From the NCBI GenBank assembly GCA_951406725.2, contig OX597816.1:140120001-140184000 (forward strand): a DNA stretch of 64,000 nucleotides, given 5' to 3'. The translations under genes were made by a program, and so were the position numbers. Source of the DNA: Octopus vulgaris (Eukaryota). Below are positions 1 through 12,582 of the stretch, one piece after another (positions within the stretch are counted from its first letter, which is position 1; every line of letters begins with the position of its first letter). The notes below the pieces were generated by a model. That model searched no databases. It was not told the origin of the DNA and saw only the letters and a list, made by a program, of their open reading frames with translations.

Positions 1-535
1 ACATACACGTACGCATACATATAATAAATATATACACACACACACATAACATACATACACAATGTATACATATATATACACGCAATGCACATACATGTAT
101 TCATGCATATATAGCACACCTACAATATACATATATACAATGCACACATACACACACATATATACACTTAATTGTACACATACATATACAATACACATAC
201 ATACAATATACATATACACAATGCGCATGCAAATAATGTACATGTTTATACACACATAAACATGCAAATAAATATACACACACACACATACACACACACA
301 CATATATACACATATATATATATATATATACACACATACATACATACATACATGCACATACATATATTTTTTCACACACATACACATATATATATATATA
401 TATAAAAAATTCACCCCCCCCCACACACAAATTACAAACCTATAGCGTACACACTCAAATATATCTCTACATGCCGCACACACACACAAAACAAAGTACT
501 AACATATACACACATACCATGCATATACACACACA

Positions 536-570
<35 letters not shown>

Positions 571-697
571 AAAACAAATACACATGTAAATACATACATA
601 CGTACACAATGCTCACACACACACACACACACACATACACACACACCCGCACACAGTGCACACACACACACATATATACACACGTGCACACACACAT

Positions 698-747
<50 letters not shown>

Positions 748-799
748 CACACACATACACACACATATATATACACCCGCGCACACACACACACAACGT

Positions 800-831
<32 letters not shown>

Positions 832-1029
832 CACACACACACAACACTCACACACATACATCACCTATATATATATAATGCATGCGTGTGCATGCCACGT
901 ATGTGTGCGGTCAATGCCCGCTAGTGTGTCCTATGCGTGCCGATGCGCGCATGTGCCCGCCCGCACGATATGCTGTGAGCGTGCGCGCGTCCCTGTGTGC
1001 TTGCTCTGCATGTGTTTCCAGGGGGTATG

Positions 1030-2442
1030 TTAGAGTATGTTTAGTTGTGGTCTGTATTTTTGAATAAGATTACTTTCCTTATTTATTCGTGTTTGGTCTG
1101 TGGTGTTGTCCGAGCATTGGTATAGTGGGAAGACTAAGAATTTGGGGGACTTATTGTGTGCACAAAGGTCTAAGTGTCCACTTAGTGGTATCTGTCTTGT
1201 GGAGGGGTCCCTCAGTTGTTGTCGGTGAACTGTCATTCTGTCTCTGAGGGTAAGGCTCGTTTGCCCTATGTAGTCTTCGTGGCATCCTTCACACCTTATG
1301 ACGTAGAGTAAATTTTTTGATGCGCACGTGAAATTATTTTTTATGATGAATGTGTGTCCCGAGTGGAACTTGTACGATGATCCCTCAATGAGGTGGATGC
1401 AGGTATTGCAGTTGGGGCGACCACATTTTTTTATGTTGGGCGGTGGGTTTGTGTTGTGTAATTTTGCGTTGGTGAGGAGGTTTTTTAGGGATTTAGGTTG
1501 TCTCTTACTTTTTATTATGTTATGAGTTGCCAGTATTTTTTTCAGGCGTGGGTCTTGATTTAGTTGTGGAATGTTGTTGTATATAATAGTGTAAGCTTAT
1601 GCATTCCTTGGGTTGTGTGTTGAGAGATAAGGGAGGCTATTGACTGTACTGTGGATGTGTTTGGGTTTTCGAAGGTCTTGAATGTTGATTGATTTGGCCC
1701 GTTCTATTCCGTTGTCTACTAGTGATGCCGGGTAATGTCTTTCGAGAAGAATTGCCCTTAGTTCCCGGAGTCTTCTATTTCGTGTTGTGTCATTTGAGAC
1801 AATAGTGCAGATTCTTCTCGCTAGGTTGAAGGGGATATTTGTCTTTGTGTGTTTTGGGTGATTGGAGGTGAATAGAAGGTATTGTTTAGAGTCAGTGGGT
1901 TTGTAATGGATGTCAGTTTCAATGTTGACGCCTTTTTTAATGATTAGGATGTCAAGAAAAGGGAGTTGGTCCTGACTATATTCCATTGTGAATTGAATGT
2001 TGTTATTTACACTGTTGATAAGGTTTTTGAAGTCTATAAGTTGGTCGAGTGTGTGGGACCATAGGATGAGGCAATCATCTAAGTAGCGTTTCCAGTTCTC
2101 CAACAGGTATTTGTGGAAAGACTGGCCGTACTTATATTTGGATTTTTCATAGATATGTGATTCCAGGTAGGCCATCACCAGGTTTGCATAGGTAGGTGCA
2201 ACTTTCGTACCCATTGCAGTTCCTGAGACCTGTCTGTAAGTGTTGTTGTGGAAATACATGAAGTTGTTTTGCAGAATAAATTTGAGGCCCTCAATTATGA
2301 ATTCTTTTTTAATTCTTTCCGGGATCTCATTGGGATATTTATCCAGCCAGAATTTAATGGCTTCCAGTCCAAATTCATGTGGGATTGTGAGTGTAAAGAT
2401 TAATAACATCAAAAGAAACGATTAAGGTGTCTTTATCGGCAT
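1030..2442 (-). pseudogene. Penelope-like retroelement (Neptune-type) RT plus C-terminal GIY-YIG endonuclease; 5'-truncated, with one frameshift and one premature stop
   Basis: Translation gives DTLIVSFDVINLY (frameshift near 2388), then GTAMGTKVAPTYANLVM, WKRYLDDC, LPFLDI, KPTD. Reading through the TAA at 1597-1599 gives a CGRPNC.TC linker, LYVIRCEGCHEDYIGQT...RMTVH...H and KE..LI..Y.P.LN. Confidence 0.92.
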
Positions 2443-3353
2443 GTTTCTTTTGATGTTATTAATCTTTACACCACTAATCCCAAACACATCCACAGTACAG
2501 TCAATAGCCTCCCTTATCTCTCAACACACAACCCAAGGAATGCATAAGCTTACACTATTATATACAACAACATTCCACAACTAAATCAAGACCCACGCCT
2601 GAAAAAAATACTGGCAGCTCATAACATAATAAAAAGTAAGAGACAACCTAAATCCCTAAAAAACCTCCTCACCAACGCAAAATTACACAACACAAACCCA
2701 CCGCCCACCATAAAAAAATGTGGTCGCCCCAACTGCAAGACCTGCATCCACCTCATTGAGGGATCATCGTACAAGTTCCACTCGGGACACACATTCATCA
2801 TAAAAAATAATTTCACGTGCGCATCAAAAAATTTACTCTACGTCATAAGGTGTGAAGGATGCCACGAAGACTACATAGGGCAAACGAGCCTTACCCTCAG
2901 AGACAGAATGACAGTTCACCGACAACAACTGAGGGACCCCTCCACAAGACAGATACCACTAAGTGGACACTTAGACCTTTGTGCACACAATAAGTCCCCC
3001 AAATTCTTAGTCTTCCCACTATACCAATGCTCGGACAACACCACAGACCAAACACGAATAAATAAGGAAAGTAATCTTATTCAAAAATACAGACCACAAC
3101 TAAACATACTCTAACATACCCCCTGGAAACACATGCAGAGCAAGCACACAGGGACGCGCGCACGCTCACAGCATATCGTGCGGGCGGGCACATGCGCGCA
3201 TCGGCACGCATAGGACACACTAGCGGGCATTGACCGCACACATACGTGGCATGCACACGCATGCATTATATATATATAGGTGATGTATGTGTGTGAGTGT
3301 TGTGTGTGTGTGTGTGAGTGTGCACGTTGTGTGTGTGTGTGTGCGCGTGTGTT

Positions 3354-3467
<114 letters not shown>

Positions 3468-3577
3468 CACGTGTGTATATATGTGTGTGTGTGTGTGCAC
3501 TGTGTGCGGGTGTGTGTGTATGTGTGTGTGTGTGTGTGAGCATTGTGTACGTATGTATGTATTTACATATGTATTTG

Positions 3578-3628
<51 letters not shown>

Positions 3629-4431
3629 TGTGTGTGTATATGCATGGTATGTGTGTATATGTTAGTACTTTGTTTGTGTGTGTGTGCGGCATGTAGAGAT
3701 ATATTTGAGTGTGTACGCTATAGGTTTGTAATTTGTGTGTGTGGGGGGGGTGAATTTTTTATATATATATATATGTATGTGTATGTGTGTGAAAAAATAT
3801 ATGTATGTGCATGTATGTATGTATGTATGTGTGTATATATATATATATATATGTGTATATATATGTGTGTGTGTGTATGTGTGTGTGTGTATATTTATTT
3901 GCTTGTTTATGTGTGTATAAACATGTACATTATTTGCATGCGCATTGTGTATATGTATATTGTATGTATGTGTATTGTATATGTATGTGTACAATTAAGT
4001 GTATATATGTGTGTGTATGTGTGCATTGTATATATGTATATTGTAGGTGTGCTATATATGCATGAATACATGTATGTGTGCATTGCGTGTATATATATGT
4101 ATACATTGTGTATGTATGTTATGTGTGTGTGTGTATATATTTATTATATGTATGCGTACGTGTATGTGTATGCGTTGTATGTATGTGTATTGTGTGTATA
4201 TGTGGTACATCTATGTATGTGTATGTAAACACTATTTATATGTATATGTGTATATATATGTATATGCATTGTCTATATATATATATTATATGTATGTACT
4301 GCGTATGTATATTGCATGCATATATTGTGTATGTATATTACTTACATGCTGTATGTGTGTATTGTATGTGTGTATATATATGCTAGGTGTATTTGTGTGA
4401 TATTTATATTATGTATGTATGTGTGCGTGTG

Positions 4432-4472
<41 letters not shown>

Positions 4473-4664
4473 TTATATATCTGTGTATGTTATATATAGA
4501 AACATATTATATTTGTGTGCTGTGTGTATATGTGATATATGTGGGTGCGTTGTGTGTGGGTGTGTGTGTTCTGTGTGTGTGTGTGTGTTGTTTGTATGTG
4601 GTGTGTGTTTGTTTATTATGTGTGTGTGTGTGTGTGTGTTGTTGTGTGTGTGTGTGTGTGTTGT

Positions 4665-4700
<36 letters not shown>

Positions 4701-5131
4701 TGTGTGACAAACAGACGCTGTCTGACCAGCAGGCACGGACACATCTATTCACACCCGCATACTAACCTCCTGATAACCCCAAAATCATTCATGCATAAAA
4801 GGGAAGTATACACCACATTGGCTACTTCCTCTGTTCTCTCAGTTCAGCCTTTCTGCTAATACCGACAGGTCAGTAAAAACATATTCTCGCCTTGTACTTA
4901 AAATATTCTGAGATGTATAAAAAATCCATTTTAATTTTTGCTGTCAAAAGGCTGTATATATATACCAAAGATTGTATATATATACATGTAATGTGACAAT
5001 TTGCGACAACCAATAATTAACGCAACCAATTCCCAATAATATATTTGTTTTATCCTTTTCTGCCAAATTTTCCCAAATATTCTCATCACACTATTGAACT
5101 TCTCTGTTACCAAACACTATATTTATACATG

Positions 5132-5270
5132 TAATGTGACAATTATGTATAAAAAAACATTTTTGAATTCATAATATCCAATGTGACAATTATGTAAAAA
5201 CTTTTTTGAATGCATAATATTCAATGTGACAATTATGTAAAAAACTTTTTTTGAACCCATATTATTCAAT
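5132..5270 (+). repeat. Short tandem repeat of ~41-bp units (aatgtgacaattatgtaaaaa...gaa..ataatattc)
   Basis: Three to four consecutive copies are visible, plus a partial copy at ~4989. Confidence 0.8.
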
Positions 5271-5285
5271 GTTTCCTTAAATGTA

Positions 5286-5326
5286 ACTTTTGACAATCTT
5301 TTACCAAAGAGTGAAACCGGTTAAGT
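5286..5326 (+). ncRNA. Minimal type I hammerhead ribozyme-like motif (U3-A8 core variant, imperfect stem II)
   Basis: actt-TTGACAA-tctttt acc aaaga gt-GAAA-ccgg-TT-aagt: stem I actt/aagt and palindromic stem III accggt. Confidence 0.5.
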
Positions 5327-5367
5327 AAATAAACATCGTTTAAATTGCATTTTCAAACCTTTTTTCT

Positions 5368-5458
<91 letters not shown>

Positions 5459-5542
5459 GTATATATACACACACACACATATATATATATGTATATACAT
5501 ATTATATAGATATAGATACAGATATATATATGTGTGTGTGTT

Positions 5543-5584
<42 letters not shown>

Positions 5585-5715
5585 TGCACATACACACACA
5601 CCTATATTAGAAATGTTTGTGCGTGTATATATACATATATATATATGTATTATATACATAAATCTATCTATCTATATCTATATATATATGTGTGTGTGTT
5701 CGCGCGTGTGTACAG

Positions 5716-5751
<36 letters not shown>

Positions 5752-5808
5752 ATGTCTCTGTCTCTTTCTCTCTCTGTCTCTCTGTCTCTCTCTATCTCTC
5801 TATATATA

Positions 5809-5856
<48 letters not shown>

Positions 5857-6515
5857 AACATACATACATAATATGCATGTATTCTTACATATACATATAT
5901 ACTTCTGTATACACACGCACACACTGAAACACGCACACACACACACAACACTTTATATTATGAATATATATTCTCATTAATACTAATCCATACCATGCAA
6001 ACTTACTCCCTTTCTCCTTTTTTCACTCTCCATTGTCTCTCTCTTTTACTCTTTCTCTCTCTCTCTCCGGAGTTCTAGTATTCACCCTTTCGTCTTATAC
6101 TTTCTTCACATCATCTTTCCTTATCCATCTTTCTCTTTATCTCTCATTTTCCATCTTCTTCTCTCACCCTCAGTTCATCTCACTCAGCCTCACAGACCGG
6201 CCTTTCTTCTTTCTATAAGAACAAAGCAGATCCACGGATATTGCACGGATTTTCAGATTCCAAAGGGATCTGGTGTCGCTAACATGATGATAGACCGTTA
6301 AAGTGGTTTTATCCGACGATTTTGCTGAAATCCTCTGCTGGAATTATATACAAGCTGCGAGAATCGGCTGTTCCGTCTTCTTAGCTTAAGCTTTACAGCT
6401 CAGCTGAGTGAGCATACACAAGTACAGTGGGAGAGTGACAAACATTCGTAGAGCGAGTGAGCGAGTGAGTGAGAAGAGGTTTAAATAGACGGAGTCGTGT
6501 GTGTGCGCGCGCGCG

Positions 6516-6552
<37 letters not shown>

Positions 6553-7065
6553 TGTTTGTGCGTTTGTGTCTGTGTGTACGTGTACACGTGCAAGTCAAAG
6601 ACAGCACGAGAACGACAAAGAGACAGTGAGTGAGAATGAGAGAGAGAGAGTAGAGAAAGTAGAGAGAGAGAGAGAAAGTAGAGAGAGAAAGAGAAAGTAG
6701 AGAGAGAGAGAGAGAGAGAGAGAAAGTATATAAAGAGAAAGTATAGAGAGAGAGAGAGAGAAAGAGAGAAAGAGAGAAAGTAGAGAAAAAGAAAGTTGGA
6801 AGGTAATGAAATGATGTATAACGTGAAGGAGAGGAAACTTCAGGATGGGAGGCAGACGTAGCGCGCGCGCGCGAGATAGAGAGAGAGAGAGAGAGGGAGA
6901 GAGAGAGAGAGAGAGAGAGTGATTGAGTGAGAGAGAGAGAATGAAGGAGAGAGTGAGAAGATAAAGAAGGAACGGCATTAAAGAGAGGAAAGGAAAGCTA
7001 ATCGGAAAAATGTAAAAGCGGCTTCAATGAGAGAGAAAGAGGTTATATCATCATAAAGCAGGGAG

Positions 7066-7520
7066 ATTGACTTGGCTTGGCTTCAGCTAAGCTGGAAACA
7101 TTACGGAATGAAGAAGTGGCAGAGAATGGTGAGTGTGAGAGAGAGGTAGAGCAATGACAGAACTATAGATAGAGAGGGGCATGTAAAGCAGAGAGACTGG
7201 CTTGGCTTGGGCTTCAGCTAAGCTGGGAAACATTACGGAGTGAAGGAGTTGCAGAGAATAAGTAATGTCTAAGAGAGAGGGAGAGAGAACGAAGAGTAAA
7301 AAGAACTATGCACAGAGAGGGAATGTAAAGCTGAAAGATTTGGTTCGGCTTTGCTGGAAACATTACGGAGGTGAGAGAGTGAGAAAGGAGATAAAGAGTG
7401 ATACATATCTATATATATATGTGAGAGAGGGAGAGAGAGCGAGAGAGAGAGAGAGGGAGTATGTAGACCAGAGAGAGAGAGATTGACTTGGCTTCGGAGC
7501 TTAGCTTGGAAATATGGCTG
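7066..7520 (+). repeat. Degenerate tandem repeat, ~130-140-bp unit with core ttggcttcagctaagctggaaacattacgg
   Basis: The core recurs at ~7077, ~7207, ~7345 and ~7488, separated by GA-rich spacers. Confidence 0.7.
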
Positions 7521-7735
7521 TGCAAGAGTAAGGTAGGAAATGTTGGAAAGAAAGACATGAAGCAGAGAAAAATAAGCTATTTATAGAGAAAATGCAGTGT
7601 TGAGGGATAGAAATGGATTTACTATTAACAGTTAAAACAGATAATGTAGCTATAGCGATGCGAGACGGGGATAAATATATATATAATGGAAACACTCACA
7701 TATATACATACACACGCGCGAACGCACGTATATGC

Positions 7736-7849
<114 letters not shown>

Positions 7850-7862
7850 GTATATATATATG

Positions 7863-7925
<63 letters not shown>

Positions 7926-7929
7926 GTAC

Positions 7930-7989
<60 letters not shown>

Positions 7990-8080
7990 ATTGAGGGTAA
8001 AATTAATTAATTATTAATCAATTTCACCAAGTATTCAGTATGTAAAGGGACCATTATAGGCGAATTCAAAATATTACATT

Positions 8081-8311
8081 ATATATAAGGGTTAGTAAAA
8101 TAAATTACTTTGCCACATACTGAACTCATTAGAAAACTGGGACACCTGCAGGAAAAGAGATTTCAGCTATTTCTAATACTTAAAGAAGATCTCTCTCAGA
8201 TAGCACTATCTGAGAGAGATCTTGAAGTATTAGAAGCCAGCTGAAGAAATTTCTTGTACCTATTTCTAATGAGTTCAGTATGTGGCAAAGTAATTTATTT
8301 TACTAAGCCCT

Positions 8312-8320
<9 letters not shown>
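8081..8320. repeat. ~240-bp fold-back (palindromic) element between (TA)n tracts
   Basis: Outer arms are tatatataagggttagtaaaataaattactttgccacatactgaactcattagaaa and its reverse complement. The centre is ctctctcagatag-ca-ctatctgagagag at ~8204. Confidence 0.85.
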
Positions 8321-8361
<41 letters not shown>

Positions 8362-8365
<4 letters not shown>

Positions 8366-8856
8366 GAAATATTAAAATTACTAAGTCCAGCGTTACTGGA
8401 AATTAATTGTTATCGCCATATTAATATGGCAGTCTTATAGATATAAGACTAAAAGCTGTCGCTGATTAGCTCCATGAGGCCATCGCCTTAAGATAGCTAT
8501 TTGACACACAAACTGTGTCCATTATAACCTTCGAACAAGGGAGGTCAGCCGCTTCACACTGCTCGTCAGACAGCTACAGAAGCGTTTCAGGGTATTTGCC
8601 CTTTGTCAATGTAGCGTAGTCGACCCTGCAGGTGTCGCCACTGATCGTCTCAGTTCGAAGGTTTTATTTACCTAGTTTCAGTGGAATACATCCACTTGTT
8701 TTCAATAATAGAAATATTAAAATTACTAAGTCTCTCTACGCTACAAAGGGCAAATACCCTGAAACGCGTCTGTAGCTGTCTGACTAGCAGTGTGAAGCGG
8801 CTGACCTCCCTTGTTCGAAGGTTATAATGGACACAGTTTGTGTGTCAAATAGCTAT
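8362..8856. mobile_element. PLE pLTR remnant: inverted arms 8494-8619 and 8736-8856 plus a direct repeat (8362-8387 = 8707-8732), with HHR motifs
   Basis: Direct and inverted copies are visible and both arms carry HHR motifs. Partial-tandem plus inverted architecture is typical of PLE insertions. Confidence 0.7.
8573..8615 (-). ncRNA. Minimal type I hammerhead ribozyme, U3-A8 core variant
   Basis: The minus strand reads gctaca-TTGACAA-aggg caaata ccct-GAAA-cgct-TC-tgtagc. The inverted copy at 8740-8776 has an intact GAAACGCGTC but has lost the core. Confidence 0.7.
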
Positions 8857-8869
8857 ATATATATAAATA

Positions 8870-9770
8870 GATGAGTGTATTTTCACCTTGTTAACAATTA
8901 ACACGGAAAAAATAAATAGTTACCAGGACAGCAAAAATCTCACAAGTAAAGGTGTTGTAACTCCTTGTTTATAAAGGTAGAAACTTCGTGTTTACGTTGA
9001 ATATTTTGAATAATATGAATAAAAAAATGGAGTTAACTCAGGTGTAATCAAATATTTTTACTTTCGACACATGTTTCGAAAATTCCACTGATACTATTCA
9101 AAAGAATAAATGGTATAAACAATGCAATCTTCTTAGGAAAGTGAAAAAAACGAAACTCGTCAATAAGACATTTTAGCAAAAAATGATGGATTTGTATAGC
9201 GATAGACAGAACGCTGTTAATATTGTTTAAAAAAACGTTATATGATTTAACGTCATAAGTAGCTAACAGAAACAGTAGGGATATTAATAGTGAATGTTAA
9301 GTATAAAGGAAATTAAAGTTTAAATTATATATAATGATAGAGACTACTTATATGCACTAAATGTATGTTTTTGCCAATGCTTACATCTGTATGCTCGCTC
9401 TATAACCGTGTTTACTAGAGTATTTTTAGAAAAAATAATGAAAAATAGCTCAGAATTGCAGAGAAGACAGAATTTCTTGCCTTTGTCATATGGTATCGAA
9501 ATTGAAAGAATCAACCATTTTAAATGAAATTGTTCATTGCGGTCTTTTAAATCCCAAATCAGTTTGCTGAGACCGGTACTATTCCGTTTATTTCTATCCC
9601 TAAATGTTGAGTAATGGATAGAAATTCTTTTAGATAACTCTAACGATGTGCTTCCAATGTAAAATCGTACTTTATTACGAGTACTGATTATATACTGGTA
9701 TATAGAATTTTTAACCTTAGAGTTACTTGACATAAAATTAATTCTATTGGAATTGACTTCAGATACAATA

Positions 9771-9775
<5 letters not shown>
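8870..9775 (-). mobile_element. PLE 3' fragment: GIY-YIG endonuclease (9344-9775) and 3' pLTR with a decayed HHR (~9060-9142)
   Basis: Peptide motifs IYQ...FYIGST...KR...H..TF...TGLSK.IW.LK...W.IL...C.LC..E...CKH..K. HHR remnant: actttc...gaagattgcattg/cagtggaattttc-GAAAC atgt GTC-gaaagt. Confidence 0.8.
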
Positions 9776-9820
<45 letters not shown>

Positions 9821-10039
9821 TACACACATGCACACATATACATATATATATATGTGTGTATACGTGTGTGCGTATATAAACGTGTGTGTGGGCGTGTGTG
9901 TGTATGTGTGTGTGTGTGCACATACATTACTCTCTTTTTTTCTTTCTTTTACTAGCTTCAGTTTAAGGGTTGTGGCCATGCTAGGGTATTGCCAATTGGT
10001 GTTTCTACGCCTTCAATAAATAAATGGTTTTCGTGAAAG

Positions 10040-10955
10040 ATTGATGCTGCTGCTCTCATTCCCCTTTCCTGCCGTCAAGTGACTCATCTTGAGAGTAGGA
10101 GACATCTACATCCACACCATGTTGGTCTCTCAACTCATTCGAGAGGATATTGAAGAACTGTAGACCCTTGAATACTAAGCAAGCTATTGCAGTATCAGGT
10201 AATGAATTTTGACGGCAGGTGGGGGATTTTAGGCACTATGCAATGGCCCTCTTTTTCTTCCAACGCCAAAGTTTGGGACAAGTCTTTCCAGAATCTTCTC
10301 ATGTATATTGCAGCATATCTTTCCCACTTTCGTTCCAGAGAGTAAAGTCTTAATCTCTTGAGTATTTCTCAGTAGCTAATTTGTTGCTTTGAGTCTTATC
10401 TTCTTCATGGAAATTCGCTGAACTGCTTCGAGTTCTGCTATTAATTTCACACTATGTCATGACCATAGTTGGGAGCAATGCCCTCCAGAGGAGTATCATT
10501 GTTTCCAGTTTTTTTTGTTCTGAAAGTTCTATGAATCCATGCCAACTGAGTAATATGCACATGGAAGGATGCGTCACTACATATGTCGACGCCCAGGTCA
10601 CGAACTGGTTGTGATTCTGGAACTGCGATCCCTCCAGGTCCAATGTATTCTGTTTGCATTGCATTTAACTTTGCCAGCTGATAGCGTAGGTCTTGGAACT
10701 TTCCTGCAATAAACTACATGTTGTGGTCGTCAGCCCACTTATATATTACGTCTAACTCTTGTTGCGGGTGCATATCTTCCTCGGGGTTTTGAATTACCAG
10801 TGAAACGTTTGTACCATCTACATAGCTTGTGAGGGTGGCTCTCTGGGTGGATAAAGGTATAGCTGAGAGGGCTACTATGAACAGTACTAGCCCCAAGACA
10901 GTGCCCAGTGAGACACCACTCATTATTTGCGTTTCCTTTAAGGTGGCCCCGTTGT

Positions 10956-11025
<70 letters not shown>

Positions 11026-11125
11026 CTGATTTCTATCTTTCAGAAAGTCATGTAGCTATTCCCCTATTTTCCAGTTATGCCAAAATCACACAGTTTGTGT
11101 CATATGACCGACTTTATCGAAGGCC
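10040..11125 (-). mobile_element. CR1-type LINE RT 3' fragment, decayed, with a (TAC)n expansion
   Basis: Motifs AFDKV.H, SGV..GTVLGLVLF, YVDGT (YADD-like), W...NM, RDLGV; homologous to 24770-26270. Confidence 0.85.
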
Positions 11126-11979
11126 TTCCCCACCCCGCTTTTATTCCTCCACCCACTTTTATTTCCCTCGCTTTCATTCTCCCCACCCCCGTTTATTAAT
11201 TTTTCAGATTTTTTCTACCACCCCACTTTTATTCCCCGCCTCGCTTATTAATTTTTAAGATCCTTTCCGCTTATTAAATTTTGCTAATCTATCTCAGGTG
11301 AAATTTTATTGTAAGCTATTCATATTGATACAACAGCTGGAGAATCTGATAATTATTTTATTTTACGTTAAAAACGTATGTATATGACAGAAAAAGAACA
11401 TTACAAGTAATACCATATGTTATAAAATAAATAGGATATATAAGCTAAATAATTAATTCTGGTTTTAAAAAAATCAAGGGTGATAGCCTAGAAAATTTTA
11501 AATAATGATTTCTCATTTTGGCACAAGGCCAACAATTTGTGGTGAGAGACAAGTGGATTAAAGGGTCGCTTTAATCCACTTGTCTCTCACCACAAATTGT
11601 TGGCCTTGTGCTTAAAGGAGAAATCATTTATAATTTTCTAGGCTATCACCCTTGACTTTTTTAAACCAGGATTAGTTATTTAGCTTATATATCCTATATA
11701 TTTTACAACATATGGTATTACTTGTAATGTTCTTTTTCTGCCATATACGTAAAATAAAATTATTATTAGGTTCTCCTGCTGTTGCAGCTTACAATAAAAT
11801 TTCACCTGAGATAGATTAGCAAAATTTAATAAGGGGGAAGGATCTTAAAATTGATAAGCGAGGCGGGGAATATAAGTGGGGTGGTGGAAAAAATTTGAAA
11901 AATTAATAAGTGGGGGTAGGGAGAATGAAAGCGGTGGGAATAAAAGTGGTGGGGAAGGCCTTCGATAAAGTCGTTCATA
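11101..11979. repeat. ~880-bp palindrome (fold-back duplication) centred at 11566
   Basis: Perfect 43-bp inner arms (11521-11563 and 11569-11611) surround a 5-nt loop ggtcg. Diverged outer arms extend to 11101 and 11979. Confidence 0.9.
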
Positions 11980-12582
11980 GAATGATGTTTAATTCTATCA
12001 ACTCCATAGAGATGAAAAGTAAAACTAACCTCAGCGGGATTGCTCAGAACGTAATGGGCCATAACTCTATGTTGCCAGGCACGTTGCCCGATGCTTAGGC
12101 ACAAGGCCAGCAATTTAAAAGGAAGGGTAAAGTCGATTAAATTGACTCCCGTTACATGTACAAAACAATATATTCTAGGGAATTCATTATTATTTTGACT
12201 GACACAAATTGTAAATCAGCATGACAAAAATGAAAAAATAAATGACAGGAATGGGAAGAAAACCTGGAGTGTTCTATTTGTTTTCATAACGCATGGAAGA
12301 AAAATATTTATCCACTGTATATGTAGCAAATGTTCATGCGAGTGAGCCTTCAACATTTTAGAGCATTGATAACCTTCAACCCTAAGATTAATCATTTCGA
12401 GATACAACACACCTGCTTCAGAATGCATAGCAAACAAAGAAATTGCTGTCAGAAAATATGCTTTATAACCAGCCAGAGTTTATAAAAACTTGTGGCTGGA
12501 CAACTGCCTCGGTCTGTAAAACACGCGTGAGTTTACTGCTACTCCACACTGTAGTCAACAAATCTTCATTTTCAGCTTCTCT

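Noticed and set aside
62-880. Many ORFs rich in YI/CV/HT dipeptides (also 3280-4765, 5321-5980, 7613-8010, 17288-17642, 26538-27728 and others)
   Set aside because: They are translations of (TA)n/(TG)n/(CA)n microsatellites that lack stops, not genes.
1597-1599. In-frame stop in the PLE ORF considered as possible selenocysteine recoding (known for some PLEs)
   Set aside because: The codon is TAA, not TGA, and is not at a Cys position; a simple nonsense mutation is more likely.
5132-5270. CRISPR-like repeat array (also considered for 7066-7520)
   Set aside because: Units are contiguous tandem copies without unique fixed-length spacers; the context is eukaryotic and there are no cas genes.
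6218-6390. Unique sequence after a strong pyrimidine tract and AG (possible plus-strand exon)
   Set aside because: All three frames close within ~30 codons and no homology is recognisable.
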